DNA of 64,000 nucleotides from Calditrichia bacterium (GTDB lineage: Bacteria > Calditrichota > Calditrichia > RBG-13-44-9 > J075). Made by a program: the position numbers and the translations under genes. The notes beneath the pieces were generated by a model, which worked only from the letters and a program-made list of their open reading frames with translations, did no database searches and was not told the origin of the DNA. Location: positions 32,001-96,000 of the forward strand of contig JBOEGD010000018.1 in the NCBI GenBank assembly GCA_050633245.1. The letters are read 5' to 3'. Shown here one piece after another: positions 48,723-58,111 of the stretch (position 1 is the first letter of the stretch; the number at the start of each line of letters is the position of its first letter).

Positions 48723-48798
48723 ATTCAGATCCTTTTCGGAAAAAAATTTATGTCTTGTTATTTAGAACGAGATAATTAGACATTGAGTTTCACTTTAG

Positions 48799-49197
48799 CT
48801 ACCCTTCGAGTAATTCTTTCACTTTTTCATAATATTCTCTGGGGGACAGAGGCTTTTTGAAGTATGCAAGTACCCGCTCATCATTGTGGAGCTTTTTCAA
48901 ATCTTGTCTGGCAGTAAGGACAACGATAGGAATTCTGCCCTTGGTAGTATCATGAATCTTATCTAATAAAAGTAAGCCTGCATCCATGCCGGCATCACTT
49001 TCAGCAGAAAACTTGGGATCCTTAACGGTCATCATGATATCCAAAGAAATGAGATCACAATCAAGGTTCACTTGCAATATCTTAAGTGCTTCCTGAGGAT
49101 CGCGAGCTTGTACAATTTTGCAACTGCAAAATTTTTCCAAATAGTCTTTAAATAGCTTCATTCTACTAATATCATCATCTACAAGAAATATTTTCAT
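48799..49197 (-). CDS. Response regulator receiver
   Basis: IFLVDDD, DLISLDIMM, IVVLTA, FKKP; overlaps the kinase stop. Confidence 0.9.
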   Translation of the reverse strand: MKIFLVDDDISRMKLFKDYLEKFCSCKIVQARDPQEALKILQVNLDCDLISLDIMMTVKDPKFSAESDAGMDAGLLLLDKIHDTTKGRIPIVVLTARQDLKKLHNDERVLAYFKKPLSPREYYEKVKELLEG

Positions 49198-52100
49198 GGG
49201 GAAGGAGCTTTCTTTCTTAACGAGTCTGGAAGATATATCGTAAATTTTGTTGGGTTTCTTTTATTTGTCAGTTCGATCTCACCACTATGAAACTCAATGA
49301 TCTTTTTTGCTACAGAAAGTCCGGTACCAGTGCCATATACGTCAATTTTTTTTACGTTGCTGCCGCGCTTGAACTCTTCAAATATGATATCAAGATCATC
49401 ATCCGCAATACCAATGCCCCAGTTCAAAACACTGATAGTATGCCATATCTTATTTTTAATGCCCGGGAAATCATGATGTCTTGTTGCGCAGATTATTTCG
49501 ATGTTTCGCAGACCGTATTGCGAATACTTCACTGCGTTATCGAGTAGATTCCAAATCGCCTGTTCAATGCGAAAAAAATCTAGATATAATTCAGGAAAGT
49601 CATCTGGAACAACTTTTATTTCAATGTTTTTATCTAATCTTGCCTTTGATCGTAATGCATTAGCGACTTTTTCGATAATTAAGTTCGGGTTAGTTGGAAT
49701 ATATTTATATAAATTGATTGCTTCGGAACTATCCCATGCCTGTATTTCAATATCCCCAATTACCCAATTTAGGATCTCGATCTCGGTTCGGAAGGATTGG
49801 AAAAGCGAATTAATTTGATCACTCTCCTCATTTAATTCTTGTTTCAATGTCTCCTGAAGGTAATCTGTAGACGAAAGCATCACATGTAACGGATTGCGTA
49901 ATTCGTGACTTAAATAATTAAGAAAATTCTGCCTTTGCTGATTAAACTCTATGTTCTCGATAATTTTTGTAACAATACTTCCAGTTAGATTTAGAAAGTC
50001 TTTGTCACCCTGTAGAAAAGATATAGGAGCATTTTGTGGATTTTGCCTATTTATACAGTTTAGAACACCGATAGATTTTCCACGACTGTCAATAATAGGA
50101 GTGGAAATCATTGAGATGCTTTTAGTACGTCGCTCTTTAATCAGATTTTCGGAATTGTAGTCATTTTGATAAGCATCGAAAATAAGTGTGGTCTCTCTGC
50201 GATTCATCACCTCAAATGTAATACTGTTTTCATCCCCATGATAAATATCTACCCCTATTACCTCTTGAATATCAACATTTTTTCTTTCAAAAAATTTTGT
50301 TGCCTTTTTCGCCGTTGTTGCTTTAAGGTATAAAGCATTATGATTAGGGTTTAACATATATAGAGAACAGGTTTCTGAGTCAATGACTTCTCTTATCATT
50401 TCAACTAAATTATGGTAAACGTTTTCTTCACCAGCTTGCTCGAATTTATGCAACCCTTTTCTAAGTAACTCTAGCTGATGAAACTGATTTCTTAACTGGG
50501 TTCGTTCTACGATGACACCAAGCCTTTTGGCAATACGCTTTAATCGCCTTTCGAGTTCGGTATTTGGCGAGTTATTATTTAGAGGGAGTTTGAAGCACAT
50601 TATTCCAATAAGTGTAGAAAGTTGCTTAGAAAACTTTTTTTTATAGCTTTCTCGAGATAGGAAATTAATCGGAACAATTAGATAAGTGAATTTACTGTTT
50701 TCTTCAAATAATTTACTTATTTCAGGGTACTTGGGTTGATCGATAAAAATCGAATCGAATCGCTTGATCTCATCAGAACTCTCACTCTCTAAATAATCAC
50801 CAAAAACAATGTCATCTTTATTAATCAGAAGAAACTCTTTATCTGCAAGAGGGACGCTTAGTTCCTTAGAAGCATGCTTTTTTACATATAAGAAATGCTT
50901 ACCAAAAATAAACTTTAAATTGTTTGGTTGTGCCTCTCCTTTAAATCCTTCTTCTATTGGCAGCCAGAATGATGCATGAGCAAAGTTGAGGTTTGTTGCC
51001 AAATACTTCAGCATTTTTACAAAGACCTCATTGATGTCATCAATGCCAGACAGCTCATTGAGGAACTTTTCCTCTTCCAAGCGCTGAAGCTCAAACTCTA
51101 GATTCTTCTCATTCTGTAGTGCAACTGCCAATTGAGAGGCAATTGTATTCATTATGCGCGTTTGATTTTTTGTAAATCCGACAGGTAATAAACTATCTTT
51201 TGAAAGATTCTTTCCTTCATTATTTTCTTTAAGTCGATTCAGCAATACGATGAATCCCAATGGCTCCTTCTCGCTGGAATACATTGGCGAAATTAACAGG
51301 TGCTGCAGTTTCCCGGTTCGTAAAATTTTATCTCTAGTAGTTTTCGCACCGCTGGAATCGAACTCAATGCCAAGCTTCCTCCTGTATTGATTCGAGCGAT
51401 CAAATAAATCCCCATGCCTCTTTGTATCCCAGTAAAACGTACGTTTGTCTGTAGGAACGATTTGCCGTGTTTTCAAGATTGAACCGGATAAGGAGCTGTC
51501 GGTGTTACGCGTTTGTAGGCTTCGTAATATTGCTGCCAACTCTTTTGTTAACTCAAAGGCCGTATAGGTTGCCTCATCAATAATTTCGTTGTTTTGACAA
51601 TAGCCGATGGCACAGTATTCAACCTGCATATTTGTTCCAATTTTTTCACAATACGTCTGTAGCTTCTCCTCCAAGGTAGTAGAAGTCTGATTGGTCTCAA
51701 TTTCAGCAACTTCCTGAAGAGCAAAGATAAGTCTATTCTGGAGTTGGCGAGCCTCAGTAAGTTCACGAAAACGATTACTGTTCTGCAAGTATAGAAAGGT
51801 GCCCAAAGCAATTGAACAGATCATCCAAATAAGAGAAAGGGTTTCAAAGTTATAGCCGACATTGAAAAACAGAGGGAGTAAAAAAGCGCAACTTGAGACG
51901 CTACCGTCACCTAAAAGGTATACTCTGTTCACTTTTCCGCCATCAGACTTTAAATAGGTAGGAAAATAGTATGAATGTAGAAATATATATAGATAGCTAA
52001 CGTGCAACAGATGTTGCACGTTAATTGTAAAGGCAACTGCCAAGCAATATATTGCCATGACATCCAAAACTATTGGCAATACCCTCATAGAAAGAATCGA

Positions 52101-52355
52101 TTTAATATGTATCTCTGGTGGGGTTTCATCAGGAAGCGTGAAAATGTTCAGCCATTGCAGGACTCTATAATTAATGATATAACAGATTCCAAAGCCTATT
52201 AACCAGTAATAGTTTGTGTGGTCAGAAAGGAACCGCCCGTGTCTTGTGATGAAAAGGAAAAGCAGAACAGCGCCGACTAACCAGTGGCCTGCTTTTCTGA
52301 AGAAAAGAAAAGAAGCGATTCGATGGGTAGGAAGTGAATATACCATTATAGTCAC
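49194..52355 (-). CDS. Membrane-bound multi-GAF sensor histidine kinase
   Basis: About 6 N-terminal TMs; GAF-like units; LSHELRNPL H-box; NLLDNAVKYS, NWGIGI, GTGTGLSVAKKIIEFHSG. Confidence 0.9.
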   Translation of the reverse strand: MTIMVYSLPTHRIASFLFFRKAGHWLVGAVLLFLFITRHGRFLSDHTNYYWLIGFGICYIINYRVLQWLNIFTLPDETPPEIHIKSILSMRVLPIVLDVMAIYCLAVAFTINVQHLLHVSYLYIFLHSYYFPTYLKSDGGKVNRVYLLGDGSVSSCAFLLPLFFNVGYNFETLSLIWMICSIALGTFLYLQNSNRFRELTEARQLQNRLIFALQEVAEIETNQTSTTLEEKLQTYCEKIGTNMQVEYCAIGYCQNNEIIDEATYTAFELTKELAAILRSLQTRNTDSSLSGSILKTRQIVPTDKRTFYWDTKRHGDLFDRSNQYRRKLGIEFDSSGAKTTRDKILRTGKLQHLLISPMYSSEKEPLGFIVLLNRLKENNEGKNLSKDSLLPVGFTKNQTRIMNTIASQLAVALQNEKNLEFELQRLEEEKFLNELSGIDDINEVFVKMLKYLATNLNFAHASFWLPIEEGFKGEAQPNNLKFIFGKHFLYVKKHASKELSVPLADKEFLLINKDDIVFGDYLESESSDEIKRFDSIFIDQPKYPEISKLFEENSKFTYLIVPINFLSRESYKKKFSKQLSTLIGIMCFKLPLNNNSPNTELERRLKRIAKRLGVIVERTQLRNQFHQLELLRKGLHKFEQAGEENVYHNLVEMIREVIDSETCSLYMLNPNHNALYLKATTAKKATKFFERKNVDIQEVIGVDIYHGDENSITFEVMNRRETTLIFDAYQNDYNSENLIKERRTKSISMISTPIIDSRGKSIGVLNCINRQNPQNAPISFLQGDKDFLNLTGSIVTKIIENIEFNQQRQNFLNYLSHELRNPLHVMLSSTDYLQETLKQELNEESDQINSLFQSFRTEIEILNWVIGDIEIQAWDSSEAINLYKYIPTNPNLIIEKVANALRSKARLDKNIEIKVVPDDFPELYLDFFRIEQAIWNLLDNAVKYSQYGLRNIEIICATRHHDFPGIKNKIWHTISVLNWGIGIADDDLDIIFEEFKRGSNVKKIDVYGTGTGLSVAKKIIEFHSGEIELTNKRNPTKFTIYLPDSLRKKAPSP

Positions 52356-52647
52356 TCACATATTTAAATTTCTGAAATATCCACGCTGTTATTATTGGCA
52401 GAACCTAATACCATATAAGTAAGCATTATGAATAAATGAGGGGAGATTTTATAAATTTAAGCAAAGTTGAGCATAATAAGCAATGTTTTTTTGTTGTCTG
52501 ATTTTAAACTGTTTTGCATATTTTACTTTGATTCTGTATATTCTGCGAAACCCATCACAGTAAACTCCTGAAATTTATCTTAATTGCTAATAAATTGAGG
52601 GTTTCAGTCGTATATATTAATTAAAGCTTGAAACGGAGGTTTAGAAT

Positions 52648-52806
52648 ATGTTGCAAAATGCTACAAATACTGATGTTGAACCGATTGCTGGTAACTCATT
52701 AAGTACTACCGATAATTCTTGCAGAGACAGAGCTAAAAAGAAAACTCCCGACGACAATACAGAAGGTGTTCTCGACACTCTCCACGACCTTAAAGAAATG
52801 CTTTAA
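52648..52806 (+). CDS. Candidate RiPP precursor peptide, 52 aa (not in ORF track)
   Basis: GGAGG SD upstream; MLQNATNTDVEPIAGNSLSTTDNSCRDRAKKKTPDDNTEGVLDTLHDLKEML*; immediately upstream of ycaO-tfuA. Confidence 0.7.
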   Translation: MLQNATNTDVEPIAGNSLSTTDNSCRDRAKKKTPDDNTEGVLDTLHDLKEML

Positions 52807-52919
52807 AAAAATTTCTCCCCCCGATCTAATATATATTACATGATTTCGAGATAACTGTTCGGCTTCTTAGATAAAAGCCAGCAAGGTTTCCTTCATTCTT
52901 TGTCTGAGAGACATTTATA

Positions 52920-54092
52920 ATGAATGAATTAAAACGGTTTCAACTGGGTACTCACCGTGTTGCCAGTCCGGACAAAACTCTGGAAAGGGTTCGCCCATAC
53001 CTGAAAGCGATGGGGATTACCCGGGTAGCAAATGTTACCGGTCTCGATACAATCGGTATTCCGGTGGTGACGGTAATGCGTCCCAACTCCCGCTCGCTCT
53101 CAGTAGCCCAAGGGAAAGGTGTAACCCTCGAATCAGCTAAGGCCTCTGGGATTATGGAATCCATTGAAGCCTACCATGCAGAAACAATCTCACACGAGCT
53201 ACGATATTGCCATCTCGAACAAATTCTCGCCGAGGGACAGCAAGCGGTTTCAGAGGGACTACCGTTAACTGGCCTTATACCGTTCATGTCATCGCGTAAA
53301 ATACTTTGGATTCAGGGGCGATCGTTATTTACCCGACAACCTACTTGGGTACCATATGAAGCAGTTCACCTCGACTTTACCAAACCACTTCCAACAGGTA
53401 GCGGTGTGTTTGTCCAAAGTTCCAATGGATTAGCTTCAGGGAACAGTAAAAACGAGGCGATTGGACACGCTTTGTGCGAACTTATTGAGCGCGATGCCGC
53501 TGCAAGATGGCATCGCGGATCAGATCATCGTTATCAATTAGATCGAGTGGATTTGTCTAACGGACTTGATGATGTAAATCGCGAATTGCTGAAAAAATGC
53601 GCTGCTGCAGACGTTGAGGTTGCCAGCTGGAATTTGACCACCAAAATCGGAATTCCGGTTTTTTATACACTGCTGTTTCCCTCAAAAGATTCAACACTGA
53701 TGAATCGCGGTGCGATAGGCGGATATGGTTGCCATCCAAATACTGCAATCGCATTAGGTCGTTCCATAACTGAAGCCGCTCAGGCTCGTTTAACCTTGAT
53801 CTCCGGATCTCGTGATGACCTGCTGCCTGAGCGTTATAACGAGCTGCTGGATTATGAAAATACGCATGATCTTGTAAATAAACTGGGTGTGCAGGAAAGG
53901 AAGATAAGTTTGAGCCAGACTCGATCTTTTAGTGCCTCGACTTTTGCGGAGGACATCAAATATCTTCTGAAGTCCCTGCAAGCGAATGCGTATGATGAAG
54001 CGGTAGTAGTCGATCTGTCTCAGGAGCGATTTAATATACCTGTCGTTCGGGTCTTGGTTCCCGGTTTGAAATTGGCACAAAGGAAGCATTGA
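52920..54092 (+). CDS. ycaO: YcaO-family protein (TfuA-associated thioamide synthetase type)
   Basis: GITRVANVTGLDTIGIP, SVAQGKG, MESIE, SNGLASGN, ELIERDA, TEAAQARLTLISGSRDD, PVVRVLVPGL. Confidence 0.92.
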   Translation: MNELKRFQLGTHRVASPDKTLERVRPYLKAMGITRVANVTGLDTIGIPVVTVMRPNSRSLSVAQGKGVTLESAKASGIMESIEAYHAETISHELRYCHLEQILAEGQQAVSEGLPLTGLIPFMSSRKILWIQGRSLFTRQPTWVPYEAVHLDFTKPLPTGSGVFVQSSNGLASGNSKNEAIGHALCELIERDAAARWHRGSDHRYQLDRVDLSNGLDDVNRELLKKCAAADVEVASWNLTTKIGIPVFYTLLFPSKDSTLMNRGAIGGYGCHPNTAIALGRSITEAAQARLTLISGSRDDLLPERYNELLDYENTHDLVNKLGVQERKISLSQTRSFSASTFAEDIKYLLKSLQANAYDEAVVVDLSQERFNIPVVRVLVPGLKLAQRKH

Positions 54093-54093
54093 T

Positions 54094-55233
54094 ATGAATA
54101 CCTCTCGCAAACCGATTGTCTTTTTGGGACCCTCCCTTCCTCTTCATAAAGCTGAGAAATACCTCGACGCAGACTTTCGTCCTCCGGCCGCCTGTGGGGA
54201 TGTGTATATGGCAACTCTGGAAGCACCTGATGCGATTGGTATAATAGACGGATATTTTGAAAATCGTCCAGCGATATGGCATAAAGAAATCCTTTGGGCA
54301 CTTAAGCAAGGTGTCCAGGTATTTGGGGCTGCAAGTATGGGCGCATTGCGAGCTGCAGAGTTACATCACTTTGGAATGAGAGGCGTTGGTGAAATTTTTC
54401 GACAGTTTGCCACTGGTGAGCTGGAAGATGACGATGAAGTGGCTATTATACATGGTCCAGCTGAGTTTAAATATGCAGGTATGTCAATGGCATTGGTGGA
54501 TTTGCGTAGCTTGCTAAAAAAGGCCAGTGCAGAAAGCATTATAAGTGCCGAAATTGAAAATTCACTGATTAGTAAAGCTAAAGCTTTGCACTATTCGCAA
54601 CGCACAAAGAAAGCCATTCTTGATTCTGTGCAGCAGGTGTCTGGAGATGCATGTTCGCGGATAAAATCTTGGTTGGAGTCCCAATTTCAATACAGTCAAA
54701 AATCTATCGATGCTATCCAAATGCTAAATGCGATGCAGCGCCCATGTTCCATGTCATATCAGAGTAACATACCGAACTTTGTGTTTCATAAAACCGACAA
54801 GTGGTATAGATTTACTCGTTATTTTGAAGGTAGACTAGCTCTCACAACAAATGAACTTCAATCAGGTAGAGGAACTGAGGGGTTTGCTGAAGCGGTAATG
54901 TTGCGTCAAATGCTAATTGAGAAAGCAGAGCGATTGCAATTAACTATTCCTTCTTCCAAAATAGAAGAGGCCTGCTGCCTGTTTCGGACCCTGAACAATC
55001 TGACATCCGATAATATGTTTGGAATTTGGCTTAAGCAAAAGGGATTAAAGCCTAATTCATTTAAGAGTATTGTAAGAGATCAGCTTCTTGTGAAAAACTG
55101 TGCGAAATTAACCACATTCAAATTGCCTAAACATTTACAGGCTCTCACATGCCTATTTTCGGAAGCTGAAAAAATCGAGAAGATCAGCGAACAGATTTTG
55201 TGGCCTCAGGCAAAAGCAGACTTGAAAAGTTAA
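54094..55233 (+). CDS. tfuA: TfuA-like protein with C-terminal helical extension
   Basis: VFLGPSL, PPAACGDV, IIDGYF, WHKEILWAL, GAASMGALRAAEL, LEDDDEVAIIHGP, QKSIDA. Confidence 0.92.
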   Translation: MNTSRKPIVFLGPSLPLHKAEKYLDADFRPPAACGDVYMATLEAPDAIGIIDGYFENRPAIWHKEILWALKQGVQVFGAASMGALRAAELHHFGMRGVGEIFRQFATGELEDDDEVAIIHGPAEFKYAGMSMALVDLRSLLKKASAESIISAEIENSLISKAKALHYSQRTKKAILDSVQQVSGDACSRIKSWLESQFQYSQKSIDAIQMLNAMQRPCSMSYQSNIPNFVFHKTDKWYRFTRYFEGRLALTTNELQSGRGTEGFAEAVMLRQMLIEKAERLQLTIPSSKIEEACCLFRTLNNLTSDNMFGIWLKQKGLKPNSFKSIVRDQLLVKNCAKLTTFKLPKHLQALTCLFSEAEKIEKISEQILWPQAKADLKS

Positions 55234-55402
55234 TTAAATTTTTTTCTGATACAGACGTTTGAAATTTCCAGAGGACTTCTCGACGAGTAAAGAAAATAAG
55301 TGTTTTCTCTTAAACTGCATTGAAAAAGCAGAAATAATGCCTCAAGCCAATTATTACGATCTATTTAATGGCCTATCTATTATGCGCGACAATGGCCCTC
55401 CT

Positions 55403-55438
55403 AAAAAAGAGAGCTGATCAACCGAAGTCGATCAGCTC
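55403..55438 (-). terminator. Orphan minus-strand Rho-independent terminator
   Basis: AAAAAA-GA-GAGCTGATC-N10-GATCAGCTC; no minus-strand CDS upstream. Confidence 0.6.
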
Positions 55439-55630
55439 CCAAAATAGGCCCACTCCCCAGTAGGACCCTATTTTATATCATTTGAATACAAAACGTCGGT
55501 ATAGACGTGGACTTGAATTATAGCAAGTCTGTTGATAGTTTAAACTTTCGAAAAAGCCTGCCTTTCAACTCCGTTTTCTAATATCTATTTGGGTCAATAA
55601 CGTTTTGCAATTCAAGGTAGAATGATTAAT
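55403..55630 (-). ncRNA. Putative sigma54-dependent small RNA (~230 nt)
   Basis: Bounded by a sigma54-like promoter (55640-55656) and a terminator; contains a hairpin with CUGGGGAGU; no convincing ORF. Confidence 0.35.
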
Positions 55631-55639
55631 TCTGCATAC

Positions 55640-55656
55640 TACAATTGGTGTGCCAA
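55640..55656 (-). promoter_or_regulatory. Near-consensus sigma54 (-24/-12) promoter
   Basis: Minus strand TTGGCACACCAATTGTA: GG-N10-GT versus consensus GG-N10-GC; divergent from a sigma54 activator gene. Confidence 0.45.
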
Positions 55657-55880
55657 ATCAAACTTCGTTGCTCAAGTGTTTGTTTATATTGACTTAAAAG
55701 TTGAATGCCTGAGATTGGATTGAAGTTGATTTTGTTTGCTATTTGCAAATATCATTTTAAAATATTGTTTAATTGAAAAAATTTTGATATTTTCCCTTAT
55801 AGTGCTACTCCCCATAATGCCGTTTAGAGGTTTGAGAAGATACTGTCTTTCTCGCGGTGTTCTTCTAATACTGTAGCTTA

Positions 55881-57737
55881 ATGAGTCTCTCATTACTTCA
55901 TTCCGGGGATTTTATGAATCTCAACTCAACTCAAATTAAATCATTACTGCAGTTTCAAGCACTGCGTCGTGCGATATCTCCCGGGATAGATAAAACGATG
56001 ATGTTGCGGCAAATTTTAAGTGCCACTCTTATGGCGCTCGATAGCCGCTGGGGTTACATTTTTCTTTTTGGGGAGGATAATTTGACTCTTGCAGGAAAAA
56101 TTCCACCCTCGCAAACCGAACAGGCGATCAAAGAACAGGCAACTGAGGCATTGTTTAGTGGCCGGCAATCCGATACTGATCTATTGATTAAGAAACCACA
56201 CCACCTTGGGGCAGCACTTTGGAGTGAGAGGCAAAATATTGGCCTGCTTTGTGTTTTCGATAAGTTTGGCAATGAAAATGTTGTACCTTTTGTCAGCAAT
56301 GATGAAACGCTGCTCTCCGTTATTGCTGCTACTGCCTCTGTCGGTCTCGAAAAGCTGAATGCAGATCTCGAAGTTGAAAGACTCAAAAAACAAGTTCCGC
56401 AAAATAACCTCCAAAGTTTTATTATCGGAAGTAGTGCTAAAACCCGCGAGCTACTTAAGCAAGTTCAAGCAGTTCTGGATTTTAGCGGCAACATCTCTGT
56501 GCTGATTCAGGGAGAAAATGGAACGGGTAAAGAGCTGGTTGCAAAAGCGATCCGTCTCTACGGACCTTATAGCAAAAGCGGCAATTCTCATACTGTGAAC
56601 TGTGCTGTTTTTACGAAAGAACTTTTACGGAGCGAACTCTTTGGGCACAAGAAAGGCGCCTTTACAGGTGCTGTTTCGAACAAACGTGGCTTAATGGAAC
56701 TCGCGAATAACGGTGTGTTGTTTCTTGATGAAATCGGAGACCTGGATATAGAGTTACAGTCTACCCTTCTGCGGGCACTTGACGGGGGGACTTTTAGGAG
56801 AGTTGGAGATGAACAGGAACTGTATTCTGATTTTCAGCTTGTCTGCGCGACCAATCGAAATTTAAAAGAAGCTGTAGAGAAGGGAACATTTCGCCGGGAT
56901 CTCTACTATCGCCTCACGGATATTATTATTGAGGTGCCACCGTTGCGCGAGCGACGCGGAGATATTGCAGAACTTATTAGCTATTTTTTGGAGAAGTATA
57001 ATAAGGAGTTTAACAAAAACATTAAAGGCTTCACGAGGCGAGCTATTCATCGACTTGAACAACACCCTTGGGAAGGTAACGTACGCGAGTTGGAAAGTAT
57101 GGTCAAAAAGGGAATGATACATGCCACAGGCAGCCATATTGACGTTTCGGAGCTGTCCAACGAGTTGCAGGGCGGCATCGGAGAAGCACTGGAGTTTAAC
57201 CAAATTCTACCACTAAAGGACGCTGTTGCAAGTTATGTGGATTTTGCATATAATAGGCTGGATCAGCACACGACTCATACGATGCAAAAGCTGGAAATCG
57301 ACTATCGACAATTGATGAGGCATCTGGGTAAGAGGATTGATGAACACATGGTGTTTGACTTGAAAGACGGCGTTGAGCTGGACATTGCCAAGCGCGCTGA
57401 AGAGATAATGCGGCACGCAGATATTCCAGACGAAAAATGTCGGGGTATGAAACGTGCCCTTATAGAAGCCGTTGTAAATGCACTGGAACATAGTAAAAGC
57501 AAGATCGATAAGTTAAAAGTCGATATTGAAATAACCTCACGTTTAGTTAAAGTTATGGTTAAGGACCTTGGAACAGGATTTAACCCTGACGTCATTCCGG
57601 ACGTAGATCCTAATTTGAAAATTGTTAGCCGAGTAAAAAGAGGGTGGGGGATCTACCTGATGAAGAAGAGTGTCGACAGCTTGAAGATCGATAGCAGTTC
57701 AAGCGGAACGACCGTAACGATGACAATTAATCGCTGA
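55881..57737 (+). CDS. Sigma54 enhancer-binding protein (GAF + AAA+) fused to C-terminal RsbW-like HATPase (anti-sigma/Ser kinase) domain
   Basis: GENGTGKE, SELFGHKKGAFTGA, LFLDEIGD, ATNRNL, FRRDLYYRL, WEGNVREL; C-terminal ALIEAVVNALEHS, VKDLGTGF, RGWGIYLMKKSVD. Confidence 0.9.
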   Translation: MSLSLLHSGDFMNLNSTQIKSLLQFQALRRAISPGIDKTMMLRQILSATLMALDSRWGYIFLFGEDNLTLAGKIPPSQTEQAIKEQATEALFSGRQSDTDLLIKKPHHLGAALWSERQNIGLLCVFDKFGNENVVPFVSNDETLLSVIAATASVGLEKLNADLEVERLKKQVPQNNLQSFIIGSSAKTRELLKQVQAVLDFSGNISVLIQGENGTGKELVAKAIRLYGPYSKSGNSHTVNCAVFTKELLRSELFGHKKGAFTGAVSNKRGLMELANNGVLFLDEIGDLDIELQSTLLRALDGGTFRRVGDEQELYSDFQLVCATNRNLKEAVEKGTFRRDLYYRLTDIIIEVPPLRERRGDIAELISYFLEKYNKEFNKNIKGFTRRAIHRLEQHPWEGNVRELESMVKKGMIHATGSHIDVSELSNELQGGIGEALEFNQILPLKDAVASYVDFAYNRLDQHTTHTMQKLEIDYRQLMRHLGKRIDEHMVFDLKDGVELDIAKRAEEIMRHADIPDEKCRGMKRALIEAVVNALEHSKSKIDKLKVDIEITSRLVKVMVKDLGTGFNPDVIPDVDPNLKIVSRVKRGWGIYLMKKSVDSLKIDSSSSGTTVTMTINR

Positions 57738-57751
57738 GGACGTGAAGGCGC

Positions 57752-58105
57752 ATGGACAAGCTACAAATTGAGTTTGAAAATGGTATTCCGATTCTGAAAT
57801 CCGGTAAATTACTGGATAATGAATTCAAAAACGATGTGACTGCGTTCCTGGGGAGCAATAAAAACGGTTCTGGTTATGTTATTGTTTTGGATCTCGGGGC
57901 TGCAGAAATCGTATATAGTTACGGCATCTCGGCTATTCAGGATCTTTGCGATAGCGCAGAAGAAGCGAATGGAATTTTTGCCCTGTGTGGCGTGTCTAAA
58001 GTTGAGGTGAGCGAGGTACTTGAAATATCTGCTCTTCTGGATCGTTGTGCTCCGCACATCTATAAAGATCGCACTGCGGCCATATCAGCACTAGCAAATT
58101 TGTAG
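57752..58105 (+). CDS. STAS-domain anti-sigma-factor antagonist
   Basis: IVLDLGAAEIVYSYGISAI (Ser at the DSSG-equivalent position), FALCGV, VSEVLEISAL. Confidence 0.75.
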   Translation: MDKLQIEFENGIPILKSGKLLDNEFKNDVTAFLGSNKNGSGYVIVLDLGAAEIVYSYGISAIQDLCDSAEEANGIFALCGVSKVEVSEVLEISALLDRCAPHIYKDRTAAISALANL

Positions 58106-58111
58106 GATCCC

